Notes: generated from the letters alone by a model not told the origin. Counted from the stretch's first letter, positions 1 to 9,707 are shown. The stretch is DNA of 64,000 nucleotides from an uncultured virus (IMG/VR IMGVR_UViG_3300030060_000981) (IMGVR_UViG_3300030060_000981:1-64000); one strand, 5' to 3'. Translations and numbers: made by a program.

Positions 1-125
1 AACTGATATGCAAATCTAACAGCATCATCTTCTTGTTCAAATAGATAAAGAACTTCTTCTCCATCGTCACGAGTTACAGCATAAGCTCCCTCCTTCTCTT
101 TGCCATCGATAGTAAGAATAAACAT
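1..125 (-). CDS. Conserved hypothetical protein, runs off the window edge (MFILTIDGKEKEGAYAV...)
   Basis: ATG at 123-125 overlaps the gp47 stop (TAATG); frame stays open to base 1. Confidence 0.7.
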   Translation of the reverse strand, partial: MFILTIDGKEKEGAYAVTRDDGEEVLYLFEQEDDAVRFAYQ

Positions 126-1168
126 TAAACCAATTCACAAGCTTCTTGATAGATGTCCTGCATTATCTTTTGAATTTGGGACTTGTCAATGTCAATCTCA
201 GACTCTTCAATATACCTATTCAAAATAGATATAGTATCTTCAGACTCTAATGATTCAAAGTCTTCAGATTCATGCAGAGAAAAGTTCTCCACAATCTTTA
301 ATTCCGATACATCAGAATTATAGAGCTTATCTACAAATTTTTCAAACTGGACTTGATTGCTTTTATTGCGTACAACTAATTTTACTATCTTACCACTGAG
401 TTGTCTAGCATCAAATAACTGATGGTCATGATCATCGTAATAAAGTATATGATGAAGTCTATATGGATTATTAACTGGTGTATGTTCTAGGGTCTCTGTA
501 TCAAATAAATGAAATCCCCTATTATCATCATTGACATCATTCCAAAACATCTCATAAGGATTTCCAAGATAGTAAATATTATCTTGATTGGAACGACAAT
601 GATAATGCCCAGAAAATGTCTTTTTGAATTTTTTAAATATATCCCACTCCATACCATGCTCCATCATATGACCTGGTGTTGCTCTGAATCCATTAAGTTC
701 CAGATGTCCCATGCATACAGAAGCTCTTGACTTATTAATCATTGCTACACTCATATCCCTATTCTCACTATTGATCCAAGGTACAAGAAGAATATTACAA
801 CCACCTACTTCAATAGAAGTTGTTTCTGCATAGATGGGAATATTATCATACTCACGCAACAATAAATCTATTGCATTGATATCATTTGTATTCTTATAGT
901 ATGCTGTATGATTACCAACAATAGTATGGACAGTAATGCCCATCTGTTTTAGACGATCAAAATAATGATCCTTAGCCCATGTCAATGCAGCAAAATCAAT
1001 TCCTTTTCTACTATCAAAAGTATCACCCATGTCAATGACCGTGGTAATACCTTCTTTCTCAAGTGTAGGAAAGAATACATCATTATAAAACTTTAGGAAA
1101 TAATCGTGAAAAAGTTTAGAGTTTTTACGACACCCAAAGTGCTGATCTGTTATGATCGCAATCTTCAT
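125..1168 (-). CDS. gp47: Recombination endonuclease subunit (Mre11/SbcD-like)
   Basis: Metallophosphoesterase motifs DQHFG, GDTFD, GNH, GHYH; position after gp55. Confidence 0.95.
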   Translation of the reverse strand: MKIAIITDQHFGCRKNSKLFHDYFLKFYNDVFFPTLEKEGITTVIDMGDTFDSRKGIDFAALTWAKDHYFDRLKQMGITVHTIVGNHTAYYKNTNDINAIDLLLREYDNIPIYAETTSIEVGGCNILLVPWINSENRDMSVAMINKSRASVCMGHLELNGFRATPGHMMEHGMEWDIFKKFKKTFSGHYHCRSNQDNIYYLGNPYEMFWNDVNDDNRGFHLFDTETLEHTPVNNPYRLHHILYYDDHDHQLFDARQLSGKIVKLVVRNKSNQVQFEKFVDKLYNSDVSELKIVENFSLHESEDFESLESEDTISILNRYIEESEIDIDKSQIQKIMQDIYQEACELV

Positions 1169-1653
1169 TAGTATCTAAGTTTAGAATGAACTGAATCTTT
1201 GATTGAATTATAATCTGAATCATTACCATTAGCATCAGTATCAAATACTTGCTCGTAACCAGTTCTTTCTAATATCTTATTCTTAATTTCTAACTGTTTC
1301 TTTTCCTTCTGTATTCTTCTTAAGAATGCATAGTGAATGATTTGGGTAAAATATGCAAATGGATTGCGAGATTTCTCTGGATTAAAGTTATGTATATATT
1401 GTACGCAATTTTCTATTCCATCACAAACCATATCATCTTTGAACATATAGTTGACAAAGTTTGGTTTGAAAGATAGGTGCGTAGCAATCTTTAAGAAACA
1501 CTCACCAATATACCTTGGTATGACAGGCTTAGGTTTATCTTGAAGTTGTGCTATCTCAATATCTTCTTGGTATCTAATGAGAGCAGCAAGAAACTCTTTG
1601 TTATTCACATAGTGCTCTGACCTTTTCCGTTTAACCATAGGTCTTATTGCCAT
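1168..1653 (-). CDS. gp55: Late-transcription sigma factor
   Basis: HYVNNKEF and NPFAYFTQIIHYAFLRRIQKEKKQ motifs. Confidence 0.95.
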   Translation of the reverse strand: MAIRPMVKRKRSEHYVNNKEFLAALIRYQEDIEIAQLQDKPKPVIPRYIGECFLKIATHLSFKPNFVNYMFKDDMVCDGIENCVQYIHNFNPEKSRNPFAYFTQIIHYAFLRRIQKEKKQLEIKNKILERTGYEQVFDTDANGNDSDYNSIKDSVHSKLRY

Positions 1654-1678
1654 AAGTCGTTATCACTACTATGTAGAT

Positions 1679-1707
1679 ATTATAACATTTAAATCCCGAC
1701 TTGACAA
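1679..1707 (-). promoter_or_regulatory. sigma70-like promoter for gp55
   Basis: TTGTCA-17bp-TATAAT on the minus strand. Confidence 0.7.
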
Positions 1708-1729
1708 GTATCTAAATTGCAGTTAGAAT
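1701..1729 (+). promoter_or_regulatory. Divergent sigma70-like promoter, antisense to the uvsW operon
   Basis: TTGACA-17bp-TAGAAT; shares the palindrome ACTTG-A-CAAGT with the gp55 promoter. Confidence 0.55.
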
Positions 1730-1755
1730 AACTTTGTGGAGTTTCAGAAAAGGTA

Positions 1756-2160
1756 TTAGCTCTTAGGTTCTATATTATTCTTATAGATCTTTTCTAATAT
1801 CTTTTTAGCATCTTGGACGTTACTAATATATCCCATTTTTCGATCTAACTTATTATTCTTTCTTATAAAAGAATTAGAGTTATTAATATAAGCTTGATGC
1901 ATTACAATCATTTCCATATCATTAGACTCACTTAGAGTTAATACGTCGGCAATATCAACTACAAACATATCTTCGGAGGTGGTCTTTAACCAAGGTTCTA
2001 CTTTAAAACCTTGAAGACCCGACCTACTTTTAATCTGATCAATTGTAACTGGATTAGAAATTATCAACATAGTCCTATCTTCTTCTTCAGAAGCTGCGAC
2101 CTTGGCAAATACTTCTTCTCCAGTTTTAAATTTTATGGTTGCATAGAAATCGTCTTCCAT
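1756..2160 (-). CDS. Conserved cyanophage hypothetical protein between uvsW and gp55
   Basis: 134-aa ORF at a conserved syntenic position. Confidence 0.8.
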   Translation of the reverse strand: MEDDFYATIKFKTGEEVFAKVAASEEEDRTMLIISNPVTIDQIKSRSGLQGFKVEPWLKTTSEDMFVVDIADVLTLSESNDMEMIVMHQAYINNSNSFIRKNNKLDRKMGYISNVQDAKKILEKIYKNNIEPKS

Positions 2161-2162
2161 AA

Positions 2163-3638
2163 TTATTTCTTTAGTTGTACGGTGATGATATCATAATTAA
2201 AATTCTCTTCATTGTAAATTTTAATTCTTTCAATTAGATGGTTTAATGTATAATTCTTTTTACTTTTAGTAGAGCAATCATCAGAGATATCATATAATGT
2301 TGCTTTTACTTTGTCTTTTCCTTTTCTAAGAACTCTACCGATGGACTGGAGGTTTCTAACTCTGGACTTACTGGGGCTAGCAAAGATAATATTGTGCAAC
2401 CGCTTAATGTTGATCCCAGTACTAAAAGTGCCATAACTTGCAATGATGATCGCATTTGATTGTTCCTCGGTAATTTCTCTAACAAGTTCTCTTTCACTAG
2501 TGTCTACACCACCATGAATAAAAAATACTTTACGGTCACCTTTCTTGTTACTATTTATTAAATCATAAAGCACTTGCCCATGTGCTTCGACTCTAGAAAA
2601 GAGAACTAAACTATTTCCTTTCAAATCAAGTGATAGGTTTTTGATAAAGTTATTTCTCTGTTGGTGACTAATAAGATATTCTATTTCATCTTGATATGTT
2701 TCAAACTTTTGAGAAGGATGTTTAAGAACAATACATTGTATATCCAGTTGAGAAAGATGTCCTTCTTTCATTAATTGATCTGTTTTTGTTACCTTGTATG
2801 ATGGTCCAAACAAACCCTCTAAGACCCATTTATGCGTCTGTGTGCCATCTAATGTTCCAGTAAAACCAAATCTATACTTAGCATGATGTAACTTAGTCAT
2901 TATGTTAACTAAAGACTTGCTCTTAAATAGGTGAGCTTCATCTCCTATAACTACATTGTAATCTTCAAAGAATGAACGTTCTAGTTTATAAACAGATTGC
3001 CATGTGGTGATTGTTACTGGATGTTCATTTGTTTTATCTTTTCCTGCATATATGCGGTGGCAATATGACTCAGCATCCCAACCATAATCCTCAAAGTCCT
3101 TATACATCTGCTCTACAAGAGATGTCGTTGGAACAACTAAGAGGATTTTTTGCCCTTTATCTACGTAATATCTTACGAGAGAATAAATCATCAAAGATTT
3201 ACCTGAAGCAGTTGGTGATATCAATAGCTTTCGGTTATACTTTAGAGCATCGTATACTCCCTCAATTTGGTATGTCCTCGGAGAATGAGAACAAATAGAT
3301 TTCATATAATCTTTTACACCCTCATAAGAGATACCATCATTTGATTCAAATGGTGCTCCATAATATTGGTTATCTTCAAACTTGTAAGTATAATCGTGTC
3401 TCTCACAAAAAGAAATAATTTTATCTAGAAGACCAACATATATCTTTTTCGATCTCAAATCATATAAATGTATCTCACCATTCCAATACTTACTTCTATA
3501 TTGGGGCATGAACTTTGCACCCTCTACCTCAAAGGTAAAGTGATCCCTTAGCTCATACTCAATATGAGGTTCTGTATTAATTTTTAAAAATACTTCGTTG
3601 GCCTTGGATATTACCACATTGGCCGTTGTGTCGATCAC
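2163..3638 (-). CDS. uvsW: UvsW RNA-DNA/DNA helicase
   Basis: SPTASGKS, DEAH, QSIGRVLR motifs; GTG start. Confidence 0.95.
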   Translation of the reverse strand: MIDTTANVVISKANEVFLKINTEPHIEYELRDHFTFEVEGAKFMPQYRSKYWNGEIHLYDLRSKKIYVGLLDKIISFCERHDYTYKFEDNQYYGAPFESNDGISYEGVKDYMKSICSHSPRTYQIEGVYDALKYNRKLLISPTASGKSLMIYSLVRYYVDKGQKILLVVPTTSLVEQMYKDFEDYGWDAESYCHRIYAGKDKTNEHPVTITTWQSVYKLERSFFEDYNVVIGDEAHLFKSKSLVNIMTKLHHAKYRFGFTGTLDGTQTHKWVLEGLFGPSYKVTKTDQLMKEGHLSQLDIQCIVLKHPSQKFETYQDEIEYLISHQQRNNFIKNLSLDLKGNSLVLFSRVEAHGQVLYDLINSNKKGDRKVFFIHGGVDTSERELVREITEEQSNAIIIASYGTFSTGINIKRLHNIIFASPSKSRVRNLQSIGRVLRKGKDKVKATLYDISDDCSTKSKKNYTLNHLIERIKIYNEENFNYDIITVQLKK

Positions 3639-3641
3639 TTA

Positions 3642-3665
3642 ACCCATGCATCTATGGGTATTTAT
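3642..3665 (-). promoter_or_regulatory. Late promoter ATAAATA with adjacent hairpin over the uvsW ribosome-binding region
   Basis: ATAAATA at 3659-3665, then ACCCAT-AGATGC-ATGGGT just before the GTG start. Confidence 0.65.
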
Positions 3666-3674
3666 GAAGTTATG

Positions 3675-4091
3675 TCAAGCCTTTAATACAGCAAATCCTT
3701 CGTTGATTAATCCCTTCCCTCGTTGTGTAGGACATATAGAAATACTAGTTCTCATTGTCCCATCTTCTTTTTTTAGTTGATCTATACTGGCAATTATAAG
3801 ATCATCATTAGAAGTGTTATGTACAACTATATAATCAAATTCCTTTCCTGTATAATTTCCAGTTCCTTTATTTCTTTTTCTTCTTAAATCAAGAGTATTA
3901 GGATTATATCTTTTTCCTTGTGGAGTAAATCTTTTAACTTGTATTCTCTTACCAGTTTTTGCTATAAGAAAATCCCAACCAATATCAATTTGCGGTGGAA
4001 GAAGTTGATATTCTAAATTATCAATAACTTTATAGTATTCATGCTCGAAAAACTTTTCACTTAATTTTCCTCTGTGTAATGGATTCATCAT
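3675..4091 (-). CDS. PD-(D/E)XK endonuclease, probable free-standing homing endonuclease (I-Ssp6803I-like)
   Basis: G.LSE...P....WDFLI...RIQVK...Y...EFDY pattern; inserted between uvsY and uvsW. Confidence 0.65.
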   Translation of the reverse strand: MMNPLHRGKLSEKFFEHEYYKVIDNLEYQLLPPQIDIGWDFLIAKTGKRIQVKRFTPQGKRYNPNTLDLRRKRNKGTGNYTGKEFDYIVVHNTSNDDLIIASIDQLKKEDGTMRTSISICPTQRGKGLINEGFAVLKA

Positions 4092-4525
4092 CCTAATCCC
4101 GAATTAAAACGCATAAACTCTATTGCATTCTTTATCTGGAATGTTCTGTTCTGTATTACCTTAAGTATGCTTTCTAAGTATACTAACATTGTATCATAGT
4201 AATCTATCTTCAAGCTTGACGTAGATAGTTTTTCATCTGCATCCATATATTTCTGCATCGTATCCTTATCTCTTATCTTCTTTGGAAAAGGATTATCTTG
4301 ATATACCTCTGGATCTGCTTTCCCACTAAAATACTCATACCGTTCATGACGGATATTTTTCCTTTGTTGTTCTGCTTTCTTCCTTAGTAAGAAGATTGTA
4401 TTATAAAGTTCAAAATACTTAGCATGTAGAGAGGGGATGTTCAATGATTCTTCATGTAGATTATCTCTATCCATCTTTGCATCTTTTTCCCACATCTCTT
4501 GAATTTCTTCAAGATTTAGATTCAT
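4088..4525 (-). CDS. uvsY: Recombination mediator UvsY
   Basis: IPSLHAKY and RTFQIKNAIEF motifs; synteny. Confidence 0.92.
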   Translation of the reverse strand: MNLNLEEIQEMWEKDAKMDRDNLHEESLNIPSLHAKYFELYNTIFLLRKKAEQQRKNIRHERYEYFSGKADPEVYQDNPFPKKIRDKDTMQKYMDADEKLSTSSLKIDYYDTMLVYLESILKVIQNRTFQIKNAIEFMRFNSGLG

Positions 4526-5082
4526 AAAGGATTATCACCCAAATCGGTAAGGTTGTATATAGTATACTTAAATGTGACCTCTGCTGTCAAGTAGTCTATA
4601 TCTGTATCAGTAGCATCGAAGTTTAGATCAGATAATGACACTGGGAATAGATCACTGAATTTTACTTTAAAGTTAGGAACTTGATTACTTGTCAAAACAT
4701 TCAATGTTCCATCAGAATATAGATTCAATCTTTTATTATCTTGTGGTGCATTGGGATCACTTTTCTGAAACTTATAGATCTCTTCTAGACTTTCTGGAAA
4801 ACCCATTCCACGCATCCATTTCTGTATTTCATTATAGTTTTCTAAATCTTCATCTACTAGAAATCGTAATGAGAAATCATTAAAGGTTAGCTTGTCACCT
4901 GGAAGATCTATATCTTTTAAGTATGTTGGTTGCACAGCAGTACCTAAAGAAAAACCAGGTATCACTGCTGAGTTAGAAAAGAATGCTACCTTGGGAGTTC
5001 TGTTAAGAATAAATTTAAATCCAACAGGACTCAAAAAGTTCTTGTTTTGTATTTGATTTTTTAGTCCGTTAGAAATTGCCAT
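4522..5082 (-). CDS. gp3: Tail completion / sheath stabiliser
   Basis: NFLSPVGFKF, FLVDEDLENY, FPVSLS motifs. Confidence 0.9.
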   Translation of the reverse strand: MAISNGLKNQIQNKNFLSPVGFKFILNRTPKVAFFSNSAVIPGFSLGTAVQPTYLKDIDLPGDKLTFNDFSLRFLVDEDLENYNEIQKWMRGMGFPESLEEIYKFQKSDPNAPQDNKRLNLYSDGTLNVLTSNQVPNFKVKFSDLFPVSLSDLNFDATDTDIDYLTAEVTFKYTIYNLTDLGDNPL

Positions 5083-5095
5083 TATAGTTTTTTAG

Positions 5096-5242
5096 TTATT
5101 TATCCTTCAACTGTTCTCTTTTTTTAATTCTCTTCTTCATCATCTTAGCATAAAAGATATCCTTTTTACTATACCAATCAGGATGTTCTTTTGCTAACTT
5201 AAGAAGTTTCTTTGCGGCTTGTTTGTCTGTTAATTGTGACAT
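5096..5242 (-). CDS. Small basic hypothetical protein, 48 aa (MSQLTDKQAAKKLLKLAKEHPDWY...)
   Basis: Translated by hand; perfect late promoter upstream. Confidence 0.65.
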   Translation of the reverse strand: MSQLTDKQAAKKLLKLAKEHPDWYSKKDIFYAKMMKKRIKKREQLKDK

Positions 5243-5270
5243 TATTCATCTTAGTCTACACTAGGCATAT

Positions 5271-5278
5271 TATTTATA
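5271..5278 (-). promoter_or_regulatory. T4-type late promoter TATAAATA
   Basis: Exact consensus; a second ATAAATA at 5097-5103 precedes gp3. Confidence 0.75.
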
Positions 5279-5283
5279 CCCAT

Positions 5284-5308
5284 AAAAAAGAGGGTGATTA
5301 ACCCTCTT
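5284..5308 (-). terminator. Intrinsic terminator
   Basis: AAGAGGGT/ACCCTCTT stem followed by a T tract. Confidence 0.75.
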
Positions 5309-5312
5309 GATA

Positions 5313-6368
5313 TTAGTCTACTAGTTTGTTTTCACATCCATCACCACACTCAGTGCCATAAAGTTGAGGTAAGAATCCTAACCACTTGTATGGTACTTTG
5401 CCATTTAGTTTCATCTTGAGCATAGCATATCCTACTACCAACTGATCTAATTCATCAAACATATTTTTTGCGTTTTGACGTTGTTCTCTTACACCTTCAG
5501 CAGTATCACAACCCTTAGTATAACCTATGAGTTCTGTGGTTTCAAGTTGTCCTTCTTCATCATCTTTGACAAATTTTCTCATATGTTGTACAAAAGCATC
5601 TTTAATATAATCATCAACTTTTGTGCATATGACGATTGGGTTTTCAACTATAACCTCACCGTTATTGTCCTTCTTATATGTAAGTTCAGCACCCACAAAC
5701 TCACAAGCTTCTTTTCTTGCTGCTGAACCTGTGATGATATGTCTTACATGAGCAGTCTCAGACTCTAAGTAAATCGAAGATGCAATTTGATCGATTTGTC
5801 TTTTGTTCCAACTATGCTCAGAACGATTTACCCACTCAATGATCTTATCAAGATCTTCAATACCATGTCTTTCTGCCCAGTAGAGTCCTGTGTTGATGAA
5901 GTCACGTTTTGTATGCTCATCTGCTCTAGCAGTATTGTTAGCACTAAGTTGAACATGCTCTTTGACATCTTGCATGTCAAATCCTTCTTTGAGTTGATAG
6001 ACCCATGTTGGTGCATAGATTTCACCCATATCATTGAGTTTCCACCATCTGTTGAATCCATCCCAAAGATATATTTCTTGTCCAACCCAAACTAGAATTA
6101 ATGGTCTTTCAGAAACATCCCAACCTTTTTCTACATCATTCTTTTTTAGTTTTGTTCCACCTGATCGTGCAGTATTACCAGAGTCATCAGTATCCACCTC
6201 TGTCATATCAGATACTTGGAAACCCCTGTATTCTAATCCCCAGAATGAAGGAGGACTTTTAATGATAGCTTGAAATACTTCATTGTCGAGAACATCTGAC
6301 CAGTTCCCTCCAGTGAAAGGAATCAAGGTTCTCATGGATGATATAGGGGTGCTTAGTGTTGCAGTCAT
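5313..6368 (-). CDS. Hypothetical protein with possible ParB/Srx-like N-terminal domain
   Basis: 351-aa ORF; P-L-I...YLWDGFNRW resembles the ParB DGxHR motif; has its own promoter and terminator. Confidence 0.6.
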   Translation of the reverse strand: MTATLSTPISSMRTLIPFTGGNWSDVLDNEVFQAIIKSPPSFWGLEYRGFQVSDMTEVDTDDSGNTARSGGTKLKKNDVEKGWDVSERPLILVWVGQEIYLWDGFNRWWKLNDMGEIYAPTWVYQLKEGFDMQDVKEHVQLSANNTARADEHTKRDFINTGLYWAERHGIEDLDKIIEWVNRSEHSWNKRQIDQIASSIYLESETAHVRHIITGSAARKEACEFVGAELTYKKDNNGEVIVENPIVICTKVDDYIKDAFVQHMRKFVKDDEEGQLETTELIGYTKGCDTAEGVREQRQNAKNMFDELDQLVVGYAMLKMKLNGKVPYKWLGFLPQLYGTECGDGCENKLVD

Positions 6369-6402
6369 ATTTACTTATGCAATTCATTGATTTATATACG
6401 TA

Positions 6403-6431
6403 ATTATATAGGCTTTAGAAACTTTTGTCAA
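6403..6431 (-). promoter_or_regulatory. Consensus sigma70 promoter
   Basis: TTGACA-17bp-TATAAT. Confidence 0.8.
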
Positions 6432-6436
6432 GGCAT

Positions 6437-6466
6437 AAAAAAGACCCTCCCGAAGGAGAGTCTTTT
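6437..6466 (-). terminator. Intrinsic terminator after gp23, UUCG tetraloop
   Basis: GACTCTCC-TTCG-GGAGGGTC-TTTTTT. Confidence 0.85.
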
Positions 6467-6493
6467 GATCCATCTCGAACCGAGATATTTAGA

Positions 6494-7880
6494 TCACATG
6501 AGGTTCTTAATAGCAACTCTTCTGTAGTAACGGTTAGAGTTAACTTTAAGAGCACCAAGACCAGCTGTTGTGCCTTCTGCAAATGGGTTAGCAACAAGAC
6601 CGTAACGAGTCTTAAAGCCAATTTTTGGTTGGAAGGTTTCCTGACCAACTGCACGAACCATCTGTAGAGGAACGTATGGGCAGTAGAACAGACCAGCATC
6701 GTAAGGTGAAGAACCTTTGTAACCAACAACGTAGTACTGGTTAGCACCTTGTGCAAGTCCAGAGTTGTTAGCTGCTAGGTTAGCAGAATAAGGATCGATG
6801 TATACCTTATACTTACCTTGGATAGTACCAGCAAATGTGTTACCAGTATCATCAACATTAAGGTTTGCATTAAGTGCAGGTGTGTAATCAAGTACACCAG
6901 CCATTGTTAATGCAGAAGCAACGTCAGCAGAGCAAAGGATGACGTTACCCTTTCCGCGACGAGTTCTTTGTGCGATTCTGTTTGCATCTCTTTCGATCTG
7001 GAACAGAAGACCTTTAAACTTCTCAACTGACCAACGACCATTACTGTCGATGTCTAAGTCAAATACACTNNNNNNNNNNTTCTCTGTTGATTTCCGCAAG
7101 GATCTCAGTAGAAAGGATATTAGCAAGTTCTGCCTCTGCGTTCAATCCGTGGATTGCCTTAAGGTCTTGAGCAAGCTCTAGTGAGTACTCAGCTTTCAAC
7201 GCACGAGACTTTGCAGTCACGGTGACCTTCTCGATTGAGAATGCCATCTGGTTGAAGTGATTTCCAGCACCGTTACCAAGGTTCTCTGAATCACCAGTAA
7301 CCATACCTTGACCAACACTGTAATCAGTATTAGTTGCAGATGATGTTGGGTTAAGAACAGCAGGGTTAGTACCAGACTGTGAAGTAGTACCAATACCAGT
7401 TGCAGCTTCTGAGAAGCCGTTCTCTAGACTGTTACCACTGTTTTCTCCAGAGAACTGTGTCTCTGCTTCGTTGTAGAATGCTTCTACTCCATCAGCACCC
7501 ATGTGCTTGTACTTGGAGCGCATTGCAAAGATAAGTCCAGTTGGACCTGTCATTGGTTGAACACCAGCAAGGTCGTATGCGACCAAGTTTGGCATTGATC
7601 TTCTAATCAAAGAGATTAGAACAGGGTCGAAACCAGCCTGTGGAGCAGATGCTGTTCCACCAAATCCACCTGAAGCGCCTGCAGCGTTTGCGTGGTTTGT
7701 TGGGGTTTCTGTAAGAGTCATGCCACCTTCTGAGAAGGCTTGCTCATCTCTTAAAAATCTTTCTTGGTTTTCTAACAGGACAGCAGTTACACTACGTCTA
7801 TGAGGATCTGAAATTTTTTCGATTCCATCATAGTCTAGTAGAGGAGCCCACTTTTCCTGCAATGATTCTGATTGGAACAT
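6494..7880 (-). CDS. gp23: Major capsid protein, interrupted by a 10-N assembly gap at 7070-7079
   Basis: LISLIRRSMPNL, AKSRALKAEYS, FQPKIGFKTRYG motifs; two ORF-track pieces flank the Ns. Confidence 0.97.
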
Positions 7881-7918
7881 TGCTTTAAAAATAAGTGTTT
7901 AGTTTGTAATTGTTAAAA

Positions 7919-9001
7919 TCAACTTTTTGCTACTGCAGATAGTGTCTTAAGATAGTTTGCCATTGAACCAGAGTGACTTACTGGTGCAGAGTCAACTCCC
8001 TCAGAGAGACTTTCTGTTTTAGCTTTTGCTGAAGATATACCATTAGGGAAATAAGATTCCTTTAGCATCTCCAGTTTTTCACGATATTGGTCTTCACTTT
8101 CAAACTCTACACTTTCGGAAAGTGAGGAGAGCTTCTCTTTCTGCGTAGTCGCTAGACCGTCAGAAACAGATTCGAGAATACCATCAGCAACAGACTCAGC
8201 AAGTCTCTTATTTAAACCGATGTTTTTCTCAATTTGCTCATTGAGCTTGGTTTCCATGTCATCAAGTTTATCTACCATAGTCTCAAGGACATCATATTTA
8301 TCGTCAGGAATGTGTACATAATGTTCTTCAAAAAGACCCTTCATTCCACTAAGGAATGATTCGGTCAATTCTGTTTTGAGTCCGTGTTCGACAGCTAATT
8401 CGTTTTCTGTCATCCATTCTTCGGACACATACTCTAGATAAGAGTCAACTCTTTGTCCGAGTTCCTCTTTGGCTTCAGCAACTTGCTCGGCAAGTTTAGC
8501 TTCGTGCTCAGCCTCGATTGCTTCTTTAACTTCAGCAATCTTAGACTTAAGAGCAGCCTCAAAAATAGTTTTTGCTTTTTCCTTGAACTCTTCTGATAGT
8601 TCTTCACCACCTAAAAGAGCATTGACATCTTCTTCGACATCAACTTCTTCTTCTGTAGTTACTTCTTGTTCTGCCACTACTTCTTCGGTAGAAACTTCTT
8701 CTTCCTCAATTGTATTTTCTTGAGAAATTTCTTCTTCTTCCTTAACCCCTTTTTGCATTGGCATAGCAGGTTTTGCACCTTTGTTAACTACATCCTTGAC
8801 CTGTTTAAGGGTCGAACCAGGTGTCTTTAACTTGGCAGAGTCGTCTGTAGGACTATAGTTCTCAGGTGTAGGACCACCTAAATCTTCTACATTTGGTGGT
8901 ATTCCACCTGTAGTAAGCTTTGGCATAGGTTCCGCAGGTTTTGCGTTTGCGTTCACAGCAGTTTTGGATTGCTCCATTTCTTGTAAATCTCCACGAGACA
9001 T
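7919..9001 (-). CDS. gp22: Prohead core scaffold protein
   Basis: Acidic coiled coil; EEFKEKAKTIFEAA and YLEYVSEEW motifs. Confidence 0.93.
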   Translation of the reverse strand: MSRGDLQEMEQSKTAVNANAKPAEPMPKLTTGGIPPNVEDLGGPTPENYSPTDDSAKLKTPGSTLKQVKDVVNKGAKPAMPMQKGVKEEEEISQENTIEEEEVSTEEVVAEQEVTTEEEVDVEEDVNALLGGEELSEEFKEKAKTIFEAALKSKIAEVKEAIEAEHEAKLAEQVAEAKEELGQRVDSYLEYVSEEWMTENELAVEHGLKTELTESFLSGMKGLFEEHYVHIPDDKYDVLETMVDKLDDMETKLNEQIEKNIGLNKRLAESVADGILESVSDGLATTQKEKLSSLSESVEFESEDQYREKLEMLKESYFPNGISSAKAKTESLSEGVDSAPVSHSGSMANYLKTLSAVAKS

Positions 9002-9056
9002 TTTGGTATCCTCTCCGATTCTATCTGTATTAAAGATCTGTATTTATTTAGATAAA

Positions 9057-9707
9057 TTATATATTTGATAAGAAATCGTTAAATAACGAGAGTTTATTCT
9101 CGTCTAACTTTTTCTGATCAACCAATGTATTGATTGTTTTGTATGTCTTTGCAGCATACTTCTCACGAAGAATACCACCATCCCAAACCCAATCTTTACC
9201 TTCCATAATTCCTGAGACAAATGCATCAGGAGCAGAAGGATCAGCAACGATATCAGCAGCAGTTGCTAACATGAAATCTTCACCGACTATGTTAACACCC
9301 TCTCTTGTCATTTTTAAAGAACCCATTCCTCTAGAAGAGACTCCTAATTTGACACCTTCACTGAGTAAATTCTCAGCAATTTTTCCCATAGGGGTGTGTA
9401 AAATCTTAGCTTTACCTATAAAGTTAGAACCATTCTCCTTAAGAGAAACGATTTTATGGGAAACACGATCCAAGTTAACAGTCGGACCTTCTGGATGACC
9501 CAGTTCACCCAATGCTCTACCAGCATTAACGTGATTTTCACTGTACCTGTGAACTTCTCTGCGAAGAGTTTCCATAGGATACATTCTTCCATTACGGTTT
9601 TTTATATCCCCCTGTAGAAATACCCCTTCAATAAAAAGAGATTTCTTACCGTTGCGGTTTTCAACGATAAATTCTACATTTTCTATTTCTTCTCTAATTA
9701 GTTTCAT
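9057..9707 (-). CDS. gp21: Prohead protease
   Basis: NRNGRMY, GELGHP, GVSSRGMGSL, DPSAPDA motifs. Confidence 0.95.
   Translation of the reverse strand: MKLIREEIENVEFIVENRNGKKSLFIEGVFLQGDIKNRNGRMYPMETLRREVHRYSENHVNAGRALGELGHPEGPTVNLDRVSHKIVSLKENGSNFIGKAKILHTPMGKIAENLLSEGVKLGVSSRGMGSLKMTREGVNIVGEDFMLATAADIVADPSAPDAFVSGIMEGKDWVWDGGILREKYAAKTYKTINTLVDQKKLDENKLSLFNDFLSNI

Noticed and set aside
6415..6756. 113-aa minus ORF and 80-aa plus ORF at the 3' end of gp23
   Set aside because: Alternative frames that cross the gp23 terminator and the next promoter
7059..7126. Apparent split or frameshift of gp23 into two ORFs
   Set aside because: Caused by the 10-N scaffold gap at 7070-7079 replacing a short stretch of coding sequence; not biological
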